DNA from: Entomortierella parvispora E1425
Taxonomy: Eukaryota; Fungi; Mortierellomycota
Assembly (NCBI GenBank): GCA_020891255.1
Contig: BQFW01000007.1
Coordinates: 2,356,001-2,420,000, forward strand
Reading direction: 5' to 3'
Length of the DNA: 64,000 nucleotides
Shown here: positions 37,646 to 49,026 of the stretch, piece by piece
How the letters are laid out: each line of letters starts with the position of its first letter
How positions within the stretch are numbered: the stretch's first letter is position 1
The notes under the pieces: model-generated
Seen by the model: the letters and a program-made list of their open reading frames with translations, nothing else
What the model was told of the DNA's origin: nothing
Databases searched by the model: none
Position numbers and translations under genes: made by a program

Positions 37646-39754
37646 ATGACTCCCTCGACTCTGTCTGTCGTCACACCCGTGGACTCTACTACGTTTACCA
37701 CAGTCCAGATCTCGTCCTCTGAGCAAGTCCAGGCTGCAGTCAAGAAGGCAGCCAAGGCTCAAAAGTCCTGGAAGAAGACGCCCCTGAAGCAACGTGTGGA
37801 GATGGGTCGTCGATTCCTCGAGGTCTTTGGAACGCGCAAGGACGAACTCGCCAAGGAACTGACCATGCAGATGGGTCGTCCCTTGCGTTACACTCCCGGT
37901 GAGATCAAAGGCACCCAAGATCGCGGGAAGTACATGGTCGATGTGGCTGAGGAGGCCCTGAAGGATGTAGAGATCCATGAAGCAGGACTCGAGGTCAAGT
38001 TCAAGAGGTTCATTCGAAAGGAACCCGTAGGCGTTGTCTTGATCGTTGCTCGTAAGTGGGAACAACAAGGCGTATATTCTTTTTGCAAGCAACTGGCGTG
38101 GGAGGGATAATGTTGCATGATGACGCTGAATTTAAAATCTGTATCGTGCACACTTCTTTTCGTTCTTTTCTTTTAGCCTGGAACTACCCTTACCTGTCAT
38201 CCTTGAACGGCGTTTTGCCTTCGATCATTGCTGGTAACTCTGTGATTCTCAAGCACTCTTCGCAGACACCTCTCTGCGGTGAACGATTTGGTCAAGCTTG
38301 GACAGAGGCTGGTCTCCCCGACGGAGTCTTCCAGGTAAGGAGGAAGATGTCTGGCAACAGGTGTTTGTGTCGTTCGCTGCTTCGGGCTATTGATTTGAAA
38401 TCGCAGAGAGCAAGTGAAGAAAAGATTACAGGAAGAGAGAGAGAGACTTGGGAAGACGATCAGCAAACGCACAACAAACACATGACCCAGTTTAGCGTTG
38501 GCAATTGACCAACCACTTAGAAAACCAACACGAGGGGGTACTGCTTTGCAGATACATGATTTTTTATTTTATTTTATTTTATTTTTTGCGGGGGGAAGGG
38601 AATCGCGCGTGCACACACTTTCAGCACGCGTGGGAGCCAAAGGAAAAAGAAAACCTTGACAACCGGCGATTTTTTGATCATTTCTAAAATTTCAGCCGAT
38701 TTGGTTTCTGTGTGGAGGAGGGAGAAGAGGTCAACAATGGATCATGGATCAAATGTGACAAAGACAGCTGACTGACGGCTCCCCGACGTGATTCCCTTTT
38801 TTTTTTTTTTTTTTTTTTGTAGTGTATCCACATGTCCCATGCAGACACTGAGAGCCTGGTCAAGAACCCCCTGATCAACTATGTCAACTTCACGGGATCT
38901 GTCGAGGGTGGACACCAGATCCAGAAGGCTGCCAGTGAAAAGTTCATTGGTAAGAAACAGGATGGCTCTGGCTGCACACAACTTTTATTTATGTCATCGT
39001 GACTAATGATGCCGAGGTATCTTTTCAACGTCTTGTAGCCACCGGTTTGGAGCTGGGAGGCAAGGACCCGGCCTACGTTCGCCCTGACTGCGATCTCAAA
39101 TATACCGTGGAGACACTCGTCGACGGCTCGTTCTTCAACAGCGGTCAGTGTTGCTGCGCCATTGAACGCATCTATGTCCACGCCGATGTCTACGATGCCT
39201 TTGTGGCGGAATTTATCAAGGAGACCAAGAACTACCGTCTCGGAAACCCTCTGGACCCCGAGACTACTTTGGGACCCATGGTCAAGACCAAGGCTGCAGA
39301 GTTTGTTCGGGGCCAAATCGCCGAGGCCGTCACCGAAGGAGCTATCGCCCACATTGACACTGCTCTCTTCCCTCACGACAAGCCTGGCACTCCTTACTTG
39401 GCACCCCAGGTTCTGACCAATGTCACTCACGAGATGCGCGTGATGACCGAGGAGACTTTTGGACCTGTGGTTGGAATCATGAAGGTTCAGTCGGACGAGG
39501 AGGCGATCCATTTGATGAACGACTCTGATTTCGGTCTCTCAGCCTCGATCTGGACTTCGGACCCAGATGCTGCTTTGAGAATTGGCGACCAGATCGAGAC
39601 TGGTACCTGGTTCATGAACCGCTGCGACTACTTGGACCCTGCTCTGGCTTGGGTCGGTGTCAAGGATTCGGGACGTGGCTGCACTCTTTCAAAGTTTGGT
39701 TATGACCAAGTGACGCGTCTCAAGTCTTTCCACTTGAAGTTGGTCACTGCTTAA
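37646..39754 (+). CDS. NAD(P)-dependent aldehyde dehydrogenase; exons 37646-38051, 38177-38334, 38823-38949, 39039-39754
   Basis: PWNYP, FTGS, catalytic Glu in LELGGKDP, catalytic Cys in GQCCC, EETFGP, and MNDSDFGLSASIWT. The introns preserve frame. Substrate is unknown. Confidence 0.96.
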
Positions 39755-39882
39755 ACAGGGATAGAAAAAAAAAGATGACTTTCAAATATTGGAAGAGATA
39801 AATCCATTGCAAAATCGCCAAAGGGGCGAAAATAAATCCAATTTTCTATTATGTTGGTGTTGTTCTATACAAGGGGGGTGTT

Positions 39883-41262
39883 TTACAACTTTGCAAGGTG
39901 TTTCCGGACCATGAGCAACCGATCGAGTGCTTTGCCCTTGGAGTCCCCAGTCTCGGCCTCCTTCTTGGCATCGTCCACAATCTGCTGCAAGACCCGCTCC
40001 ATCTCGGCTTCTTCTTTGTCTAATTGCGAACCACTGCCATCAGCCGCTGCACGGCTTTGTTGCTGTTGCAAGAACTGATCCTGCTCTGCCAAGGTAGCAG
40101 CCACAGAAGCGGCCTCTGCTCTTTGAGCATCATGTCCAAAGGGCCTACTCCAGATATCATCCGTGTACGTTCCTTGCTGCAACAAGTACTGAACCACATC
40201 CTGTCGCTCACTCGGCAAGTTTTGGATCAATGAGAGTAAAGAAGCCAGTCGCCCACCGGGCCCCGTGATAACATCCTCGTAAACAAACTCGCGCCGTTCT
40301 ACCTGATGCTTCTCCAATCCCGCTGATTCTACACTCTCCACGAAATCAGAATAAGAGGTCGAGTTCAAGAATTGGAGAACATCACTTCCATCCAGTTGCT
40401 GTTGTCGCAAGACATCGTGTGATTGAAAGCCACCGCCGGTTTGATGACCAGACGGTATGTACGGTTGCGAAGACTGTGGCGGTGATGGGGCAGTAGTCGA
40501 TCTGAGATATTGGAGGAAGGCAGCATGGTTTGCGGGCGTAAGGTTGATTGGTTGTGACCGCTCCAGAAGCTGTGAAAGATGGAGTTGGCGTGTGGTCGGG
40601 GTCTGCTGGTCCGCATGACGAGGAAAGGCAGTCGACTGTGAAGTGGAATTGAAGTCGACTCTGGGCTCCAACAAAGACATGGATTCGAAGGAATACGTAG
40701 GTGGTTGATAAGGCCGATCCTCAGTGAGGGTCGATTCAGACGAGGCTAAAAAGTTGTCCCAGTCCATCGTCATCCCGCCTCCTGCTGTCGCAGCGGCAGA
40801 GGTAGTTCCTGGTACATAGGCTATAGATGGCGTCCTGAATCCTTGGCTCTGCTGCTCCAGGCTGACAGGGCTATTATTGCTACTGCCGCCCAAAGTCTCG
40901 AGTGCTTGAGACGCATGCTGAAATGCTCTTGCTGAGGATGATCCAGCCGCGCTCTTTGAACTGGATCCGCCAAGGAACGCCGATGACGATGACGACGATC
41001 CTCCTCCACTACCACTGTAACTGAAACCTCCATGCTGGGTTAGATTAGATGCTTGCCGAGGATCCAAGGCTGAGGCCACGGTCTTGGCTGAGGAAGCAAT
41101 TGATCCCAGAATAGACCCTGTGGAGGCCGATCCCCCTGAAAGAACGCCGGATCCAGAACTTGAGCCAGATCCTGATGCATGTTGTGAGCTGGGCTGTGAC
41201 GACCCTGAAGGAGCGTTTGCTTTTGGTGGTGTGTCGCCAGGGCTGTGGTGATTGTGGTCCAT
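39883..41262 (-). CDS. Uncharacterised Ser/Gln-rich protein (~459 aa) ending in the PTS1-like tripeptide AKL
   Basis: Long ORF. The ATG at 41262 lies just after a candidate intron 41403-41270 (GTAACC...CTAAC...TAG), so the upstream MLLCQNS is probably intronic. The C-terminal ~130 aa is helical. Confidence 0.8.
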   Translation of the reverse strand: MDHNHHSPGDTPPKANAPSGSSQPSSQHASGSGSSSGSGVLSGGSASTGSILGSIASSAKTVASALDPRQASNLTQHGGFSYSGSGGGSSSSSSAFLGGSSSKSAAGSSSARAFQHASQALETLGGSSNNSPVSLEQQSQGFRTPSIAYVPGTTSAAATAGGGMTMDWDNFLASSESTLTEDRPYQPPTYSFESMSLLEPRVDFNSTSQSTAFPRHADQQTPTTRQLHLSQLLERSQPINLTPANHAAFLQYLRSTTAPSPPQSSQPYIPSGHQTGGGFQSHDVLRQQQLDGSDVLQFLNSTSYSDFVESVESAGLEKHQVERREFVYEDVITGPGGRLASLLSLIQNLPSERQDVVQYLLQQGTYTDDIWSRPFGHDAQRAEAASVAATLAEQDQFLQQQQSRAAADGSGSQLDKEEAEMERVLQQIVDDAKKEAETGDSKGKALDRLLMVRKHLAKL

Positions 41263-44200
41263 GATGCAGCTATTTTGACAGAGCAACACAAGAGTTAGGG
41301 GGGCACTGTGGGCTGTGGTGGTATCAATGAGCTTCTTCTGTACCCTGTCGGCTTTCTAGAAGGGCCGACTGAGCGACGAGGAGAGACCAAGGCAGAAGGT
41401 TACCTGCTTAATCTCGAAGAGGATGAATACGTCTGATGACAACAATGCGAATGTAAAAAGGGGATGGATGTGCAAGAAGAATGCAAAGAAAGCAACAAAT
41501 CGGTCATTCACGTGGGAGACCGACCTCATATGGTTTGGTGGCAAAAACGACAACTCTTGCTCCTGAGAGAGTCTTCTTCCTCTCCGACTCACTGTCCTTT
41601 CCAAGGATGCCCAGTGGGATTGTGCGCAGCTCGGATCGATGACAAACGATGTGAGCAGGAATGGAATCTATTCTGGTTGCCCCAGTGTCCACGCAAGGAT
41701 GACTCTGCGGTATCTGGAAGGGGGCGACATTCTCAGATCGGATGATGTTTGCGTAGGCGAAACGAAAGCGCGTCCTGTTTTGGCGATTTTTTTTTCCTTT
41801 TGCACCTTTAACCCGCTTTCACTTTCACCTCGATATCCCTCCGACCGGAAAGGAAGATCTCATCACCGGGAGAGAATGAACTCGCAAAGGGAATGGCAAA
41901 AAGAACAGCCAGGCTAATACAGCCTACTCGTCAATCGCGTTAGCCTTTGACGTGTACCTTCAAATTCCTCCAATGTTGCAGCCTTGCATGTGCATCTAAC
42001 TTGGGTGAAGGTAGGATGTCACTTTGGCGTTCCTCCTGGACAGTTTTTGCGCTTGGATCAGGAGGGAAAGTGCAACTGCAGTCTGACGTTCAAGATGAAG
42101 TTACTGCGAGTTCGGATAGTGGTCATTATTCCTACCTGTCTCCTCTCTCAGGTTTACCCTGGTTGTCAATAATGCAAGATGGAAAATAAAGATGCATGAT
42201 CTGCATGGGTTCCACCCAACTTTGTGGAGACTTGTTCAGTCGTGCCGCCGCTCGCAATGTTGCTGTCAAACTGAAAAAAACAACAACAGGAAGGGCTTCT
42301 CCAAGTCATGCTGATCGGTCGGCAGAACCGACGGCCCTTGGGCATGGGCTTTTCCGACCCCCCGTTTCTATTCATGAACATGTCATGTAATTTTGCTCAC
42401 CTCCGCGACATATCCACCTCTCCGTGCACGGCGTGTCGATTCCCAGGTTCTTGAGCTCTCTCCTTTTTAGTGCTGCTCAGTTGCTGGAAGAGTCTGGAAG
42501 GGGTGAGGGAGGAGAGGGGTGCTAAAGGTGAACCTGGGGCTTGAAGGCACTAACGTGGGGTTCAGCCCTCCACAGCAGTTTAGCCGCAAACTCCTTTCGC
42601 AAAAACTGGTAGTCGACAACAGAGAAATCAGTCAAGGTTGTGGCAAAAAAAGTCATTGTTCTGCTTCTCGAAGGTCGATGCTCTTGCCTCTTGTTCTCGG
42701 CGGGCGAGTGGACACAACCTGTTGTGAATTTTTTGTATTGTTACGCCGACACACACGTTCATGGGGTTCGGACAAGAGGGGTCGTTGCGTTGGGGCTGGT
42801 GTTCTTGTGTCCCATTCTTCTTTGTTCTTATTGTTCCGTCAACAATACTCTTCTGTGGGAGCTCCAAGATAGGATGAGGGGGTCAAACCAGAGTCGATGC
42901 GGTGCAAAAACTCATTGCCAATCTAAAAAAAATTACACGCTGGGGCAACACCTGGGCTTGTGTTTCGCCTGTAAAGTGCTGAACGCAAATGAAGAGAACG
43001 AGACTGCAGATGATAGTAACATTTGCTGCAGTACCTGTCCTCGAATGCCGAGACCATTCGAGGGGGAGGGACGGAGGAGAGTCTGTCGACTAAAATGACA
43101 GCCGGGCCTTTGAGCCAAGAAGAGCCACATCTTATTATTCTGTCCTTGTAGGTTCGGGTTCGGTACACAGAAGTCCTTGGCAAAATATCTGTCTTGACTT
43201 TGCTGAGAAAAGCACGATCGATTTTATTTTTCGAATGTGATATTGCCACAAGGAGATCGCATGTGAGGAGAAGAGGGGGGAGGAGACGTCAACGCAGTAG
43301 TTGCAGACATGCGCAAGGAAAAGGGCTCCCGAAGGAACAGGAGGACAAACCGATCGGGAATTGGCCCTCATTGTCCACAGAGATATGAGCGTCAGCAAGC
43401 GCACACTAGGGAGCAAGAGCAACACTTGACGCAACAGAGAGCGAGAGGAAGCAAAGCGGATTCCCTTCACTCTTCTGTCTGCTCGTCGCGTCTTGGCGGT
43501 GAGGCTGTTGTCAGTCATCCCTTGGTATGAAGATTTAGGCGGTACAGCCATGCCACTGGCGGGTCGTGTGGTGTTCGTCGGCTATTGGTGCCAGCTGGCA
43601 ACCAAAAGGAGAGAAGACCAGGACGAAAAGAAAATTGCGAGGTGGCGCAAGCCCGCCCTGCCAGCACAACTGAACCAAAGTGCGTGGCGGATTGCGGCGT
43701 CCGCTGCGTCCCCTTGACAAAGCACTACACAATATCAATAGACCAACACTCAGAGCAAGCAATAAGAAAGAAAAAAAAGAAGCTGCGGTTTTTGAGACAG
43801 AATGCTGCGACCGCTGAGGTCAGGATAGAGAGAGATGAGTAAGAGATGAAGAAATGAGGATAGAAAGTCATAGTCGAAAGCGCAGCCGTCGGTTTTGGAG
43901 GGAACCTTCTGTCGTCCGACCTCTTGGCTGTCTCACTAACGGTTGCTCGACAGGCAGGAGCCATCCGACAGCCAGGCCAAGAAGCGAGCGCTTGCGCAAG
44001 CCGTGCTTCTGGCACCATCGCCATCGGTCGAGCGACCGAGTCATCCAGCCCACGAGTCCGTTCCAGTCAGCCGGCTGCAGGTGTTTTTCCCTTTTTCAGA
44101 GCTGGTGACGAAGAGAACAGAGACCGATGAGTGGAGAGCGGTGCCTGAATCGATGCGCTGCTGCTTTTGCTGCTGAATCACATATCACATCTTTTTTTTG

Positions 44201-44498
44201 CGTGCTCTCTGAGTCCACTCGCCGTTCCCTCTGTTTTTATTTCTTCTTTTCTCTCTTTTCCCTCTTTCCTCATCATTGAATCCGAACCCTTCGCCCACTC
44301 CCTCCTCAGTCCTCTTTCTCTCTCTCTCTCTCTCGCCTTAATCACCCCACCTCCTTCGGATTCAATCTGATCTTTAACCCCCCTTTATCCCCGTCCTTGT
44401 CGCCGCATCGCATCGCATCGCTTCGCTGCATTGCTCTGTTGGTTTTCTCTCTCCCACCCTCGCCTTTTTTTCTTTCTGCTTAAACCACCCTCCACACT

Positions 44499-44540
44499 AT
44501 GTTCATTGGCATCCTCAACAAGTGCAACAAGAGAATCTAA
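44499..44540 (+). promoter_or_regulatory. Candidate uORF (MFIGILNKCNKRI*) in a putative non-coding first exon of the cyclin gene
   Basis: This is the only ATG I saw between the CT-rich tract (~44250-44480) and the strong donor AAG|GTAAGG at 44800. Exon status is inferred. Confidence 0.35.
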
Positions 44541-46257
44541 GATATCCTGAAAATCACCCAAGGACCTTGTACCCTCATCAACTCCATCCTTTCTTGTTTT
44601 CCGCCTATTCATTTTCTCTTGCCACTCACTTCCTTCCTTTCTTTGTCATCGGAATCCCCCTCAGCAACTACAAAAAAAAAACACATCCCCAAAAACAAAA
44701 AAAAAACAACAAAAAATACCCACTTTCCTTTTGATTCAACTCTTGGACCAAACGGAAACAAACTAAAAAGACAGCGGACTGCCAAGGAAAACTAGAAAGG
44801 TAAGGATGAACGACCTCAGAGGAGACCCCAAGTGTCTTTATATATTTTTTGTTCTTTGATTTTTGGGTTCGGGCGGCCCGAAGGGTGAACGCACTGCGTC
44901 AGTGTGTTCAGTTCGGTCAGGCTGGAAAGGGGGGAGGGGGAAGGGTTTATCACACTCGCTTGCACACCTGCCATGCTCGCTCCACAACATTCGCACTAGA
45001 GACACATACTCAGGGCGGAACAGAAACAGCACCCACGCACAGAGGCAGCGATAGAAAGCATCGTCGTCATGATTTTAGATGTGTTTGCATCATCCCCTCA
45101 AAAGGTACTCCGGAGTAGAGCGCGCAGAGATGTGGGTGATGGCGCGGTTTACTTCTTTGCTTATCTGGTTGGGATATCTCTCCTAGACGGTGTGTGTGGG
45201 TCCCAGGGAGTCTTGGAGATGTTCACCCTTCGTCATCTGGTGCCTGCCTGTCTTTCTGGGTTGCGAGTCTTATGACTCCATTTTCTCTTTGGATTCGATA
45301 TTTTTTTATTTGGGTTTGTGAGTCTTTTGATGCTGTGCCCCTTTGGAGGAGAAGCAAGAAGAGCAAGGGCAAAGAAAATATGAGAGAGCGAGCGGCGGGA
45401 TAGAGCTTTAGTTTGGAGGGCGCGTGAGTGGGAAGGAAGGAGTGGGTCGTACATTCATCCCGAGCGCGCGCGCTTCGTCCCCTCGGGAAGGATGCGATTA
45501 GCAATTGGGGCATTGCGATGGGTCGGTGATTTCTAATGGAGACATGCGATTCAACAAGCCATCACATCTCCAGACTCAGCCAGACTGTTCGGTCTGTCGG
45601 CCGGGCTGCCTTGGCGGGCGGGCCGCGGCAAAAAGGGAAATCTGCGAAAAAAGAGACGTCACGGGGTGAGCGGTCCTCGACAGAAGGGCCGGAAGGGCGG
45701 GCGGTGATTGGCGGGGTTCCATTTGCGAGCACAAATCCTGTGGAGTTGTGTGGTCGGTCGCCTGAATAAGCAAGGACCGACCGCCCTGGGTTCGATCGCT
45801 CTCGTTTCTCGAAGAACGACACCCAGCGGGGAATGGCATGGATTGGATCGCTGGGAAGCGGATCACTTTGGCTTGGCTTTGCGTTCCTTTATAAGCACCC
45901 TCTTCGCCCTCCTTTCCCTTGTTTCCAGTTTTCTGTGTTTTCTTCGTACTCTTCTCTTTCTTCTCTGCGCTCTGTTCCTCTGCTCTGTCACACAAACACA
46001 CCCCATCCACCCTCGATATACCCTCGCCTCTTTTGGTGCTTCCCCTTCTCTCGCCTCTTACTGACAAATCTTCTTTCTCTCTTTGCTCGTATATCTCGGA
46101 CAACAGATTCCCTTGTCTCCACCCCTCCTCTCTCTCTTCTTCGTCCTCCCTACTACCTCTTTACCACCTTCTCTTCCTCTCGCACCCATTTTCTTTTCCC
46201 TCTTCGGCGTTGTTGCAGTTGTCATTGTAAACAAAGCCAAGAAAAAAAAACAATCGC

Positions 46258-48276
46258 ATGTTGTGCCACTCCTCCATCCCAAACCAGGCCGGCTACAGCT
46301 CCTCGCCCAGCTCAGCCATGCCTGGCACCGCACACTACCACCACCACAACTCCTCCGCCCTGTATAGCACCTCCCTCCCTCCTCACCAACCACTCATGGC
46401 CTCAACCATGGACTCGTTCTCTACCCCTTCCTCCTCGACGCCATATTCCCTTGAAGCCATTCGATCATGGCAGCAGCAAACTGGTACCAACAACTGCTCG
46501 GCTGCGACCACCCCAAAGCAGCCCTTGATCCTCGATTCACTCACGGCCAGCAAGGTGACCATGGTCGAGACCCTCGTTGGTAAGTCAAGAGTTCAACACA
46601 CCCCCTTTCCTGCTCGCTCCCACTCGCTTATCCTTTGGATCTTTATGTGATTGATATGCACCACGTTATACTGTCCCCGTTTTCTGGAACTCCCTCTCTC
46701 TTCTTCTCCAATCGCACATGGACTCACCTGCCCTTTCATCGCCTCTACTGCCGTCTTCCTAACTACCCGAATAGATACCGCTGCTCTGATCATTGAGTCC
46801 ATCTGGCCCAGTCCTCTGAGTGCTCAGTATTCAACAAAGGCGCCTGTTATTCCCCTCCACATCTTTGTCAAAGAGACGTTGAGAAGATCTCGCACAACCC
46901 TGTCAACCCTTCAGCTGGCTCTCTATTACATTTACAAGGTCCGCAATCAGGTCTTGGCAGCACAGGAAAAGATCCGCCAGGGTCAGATCCAGCACTTGCA
47001 GCAGCACTTTGTGTTGCAACATGGCCAACCCCTGTCGCCCAACGGTTCGATGGAGGGTTACTCAGACGAGGAGTTCAGAGCACGGGATTACTTCAACACG
47101 ATCACGGTCAATGCTCAGAACGCCAAAAAGAATACCCTCCCCCTCACTCCCCCCGGAACCAACAATACCCCAGCCTCGCTGTCCCCTCTCTCCCTTACCA
47201 CCACTGCGACCTCGTCCCCCATCCTCGCCAAATCAGAACCCGTCGGCTGCGGTCGCCGCATGTTCCTTGCCGCATTGATCCTCGCCTCAAAGTTCCAACA
47301 GGATCGCACTTACTCGAACAAGGCCTGGTCCAAGATCTCGGGCTTGCCCGTTTCGGAAATCAACTTGAACGAGATCACGTTCCTCGGCTTGATTGATTAC
47401 CGCCTCTTTGTGTCACAGGCCGTCTTCCAGAAGTGGGTCGGTATCTTGACTGAGAAGGGTCGCGTCAGAGATAGAGCATCTCTGCACCGCAGCAACATCC
47501 GCACGGACATCCAGCCCGCCAGACGTAGCTCGATCCAGTACTGCAACAACACTCTTCCCTCTCGTATGACCTGTGTCACCGCCTCGTCTCTGGAGCAGCA
47601 GTCAAAGCCAACCTTCTCAGCACCTCACCTTCCTTCCTTCGCCCTCTTTGTTGGAGAGCCAAAGGCCATGCAGTCTTCTGTGGTCTCTGATCATGGACAG
47701 ACTTTCCAGTTTGATTGCACCGCACCTGCAGATGCCCCTGTCTTGCCAAAGTTGACTCAGGAGAACTTGGCAGCCCATCCTGGAACTGGTTCGACTACCT
47801 CAGATGCCCCCAGAGTTCAGCAGGGCATGGGAGCTTACATGACGCACCGATGGGTGCAGGCTCAACGCCGGGAGCACCTTCGCTCGCGTATGCAGGCCAT
47901 GGGCTATGCATCTGGACAAGCCTTTGCTCAGGATGTTGCACCTTTGTCTCAGCAGGGATCGCTCTCTGGCTGTCTGCCCCAGCCTCAGAATGACCCATTC
48001 GGCACCATTGCCAGCAACTTCCAGAACAATATTGTCACGTATTCGAACAGCAACACATACACTTTGGACATTCTCCGTCGCCGCACTGAACAAAGCCAGG
48101 CCCAGGAGAAGCACCAGCGCGATCAGTTTAACTTCATGCCTTCGCCAGCGTCGTCCCCCTCTCCTGTTGCTGCCGCCGCCGGTTCCAAGCGTCGCCAGAC
48201 TGAGATGGAGCCCGAGTTGGATGCCCGTGCTGCCAGCCGAAGACGTCTTAGTGTTTCCTTCTTGGTCGACTGCTAA
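46258..48276 (+). CDS. Pho85-associated (Pcl/Clg1/Pas1-like) cyclin; exons 46258-46579, 46775-48276
   Basis: Cyclin box FVKETLRRSRTTLSTLQLALYYI...CGRRMFLAALILASKFQQDRTYSNKAWSKISGL...EINLNEITFLGLIDYRLFV. Intron 46580-46774 is GT-AG and in frame. The start could alternatively be 46318. Confidence 0.92.
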
Positions 48277-48779
48277 GGCTTTCTATTTTATTCCCCCCTT
48301 CCCCCCTTTGTCCCCATCCTGTTCTTTTCTGTTCTTTTTCTCTGCTCGCATGTATTTTTTTCCCCTTTCTTTGTCGTTGTGCTGTTGTAGAATATCTATC
48401 CCCCCCACCCCACCACCCCAACCGGTGTGATGCTTCATCACCACGGTTGGATCGTCATGACCTTGATCCTTCCGTCCTCGGCTCTGGCGATGGCATGCCT
48501 TGACGCCCTAATATCCCCCCCCAAAGCCCCTCCCAAAAAAATGTATAATATACTTCCGTTGTCTCTCACGTCGCAAGATAGAAGGTTTATTTTATCTTTT
48601 CTTCCTGATTGAAGAAAAAGATTAAAGAGATAATCTACGTTGATCTTGATTGCGCCCTTTTTTTTTTTTTTTTTTGCATGACATTGAACCATTTGCCAAT
48701 CATGGTTGATATCGCTAGTCATTATTCCGGGATTCCGATCTATGTATACAAGTTTGAGTGAATTACTAAAAAAGAGGGG

Positions 48780-48809
48780 GAGGAGGAGGAGGAGGAGGAG
48801 GAGGAGGAG
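48780..48809 (+). repeat. (GAG)10 trinucleotide microsatellite between the convergent cyclin and velvet genes
   Basis: Read directly from the sequence. Confidence 0.9.
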
Positions 48810-49026
48810 AAGGGAAGGTGAAAGGGGGGGGGGCAAGGAGGTGTCAGTCGGGTGACAACCATCAAGGGTGTCAAGGGTGTTCAAAAATCACATTGTTTGA
48901 CAACCGAAAAGATCTCCCTTCCTGCAGATGTTTTACACCCCTGCAATGCTCTCTTGTTTGTTTTGGGGGGAGGAGGGTATGAGAGAACGGCAGGGGGAAG
49001 GGGTAAGGAGGGCGGGAAAAAAAGAT

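Noticed and set aside
39883-41289. Calling the orphan a Pex18/20/21-type PTS2 co-receptor
   Set aside because: The N-terminal Cys residues fall in a probable intron and no clear Pex7-binding motif is present. One WxxxF is insufficient.
42519-44176. Several 60-150 aa ORFs on both strands
   Set aside because: They overlap each other, have compositionally random translations, and show no splice-consistent model or domain.
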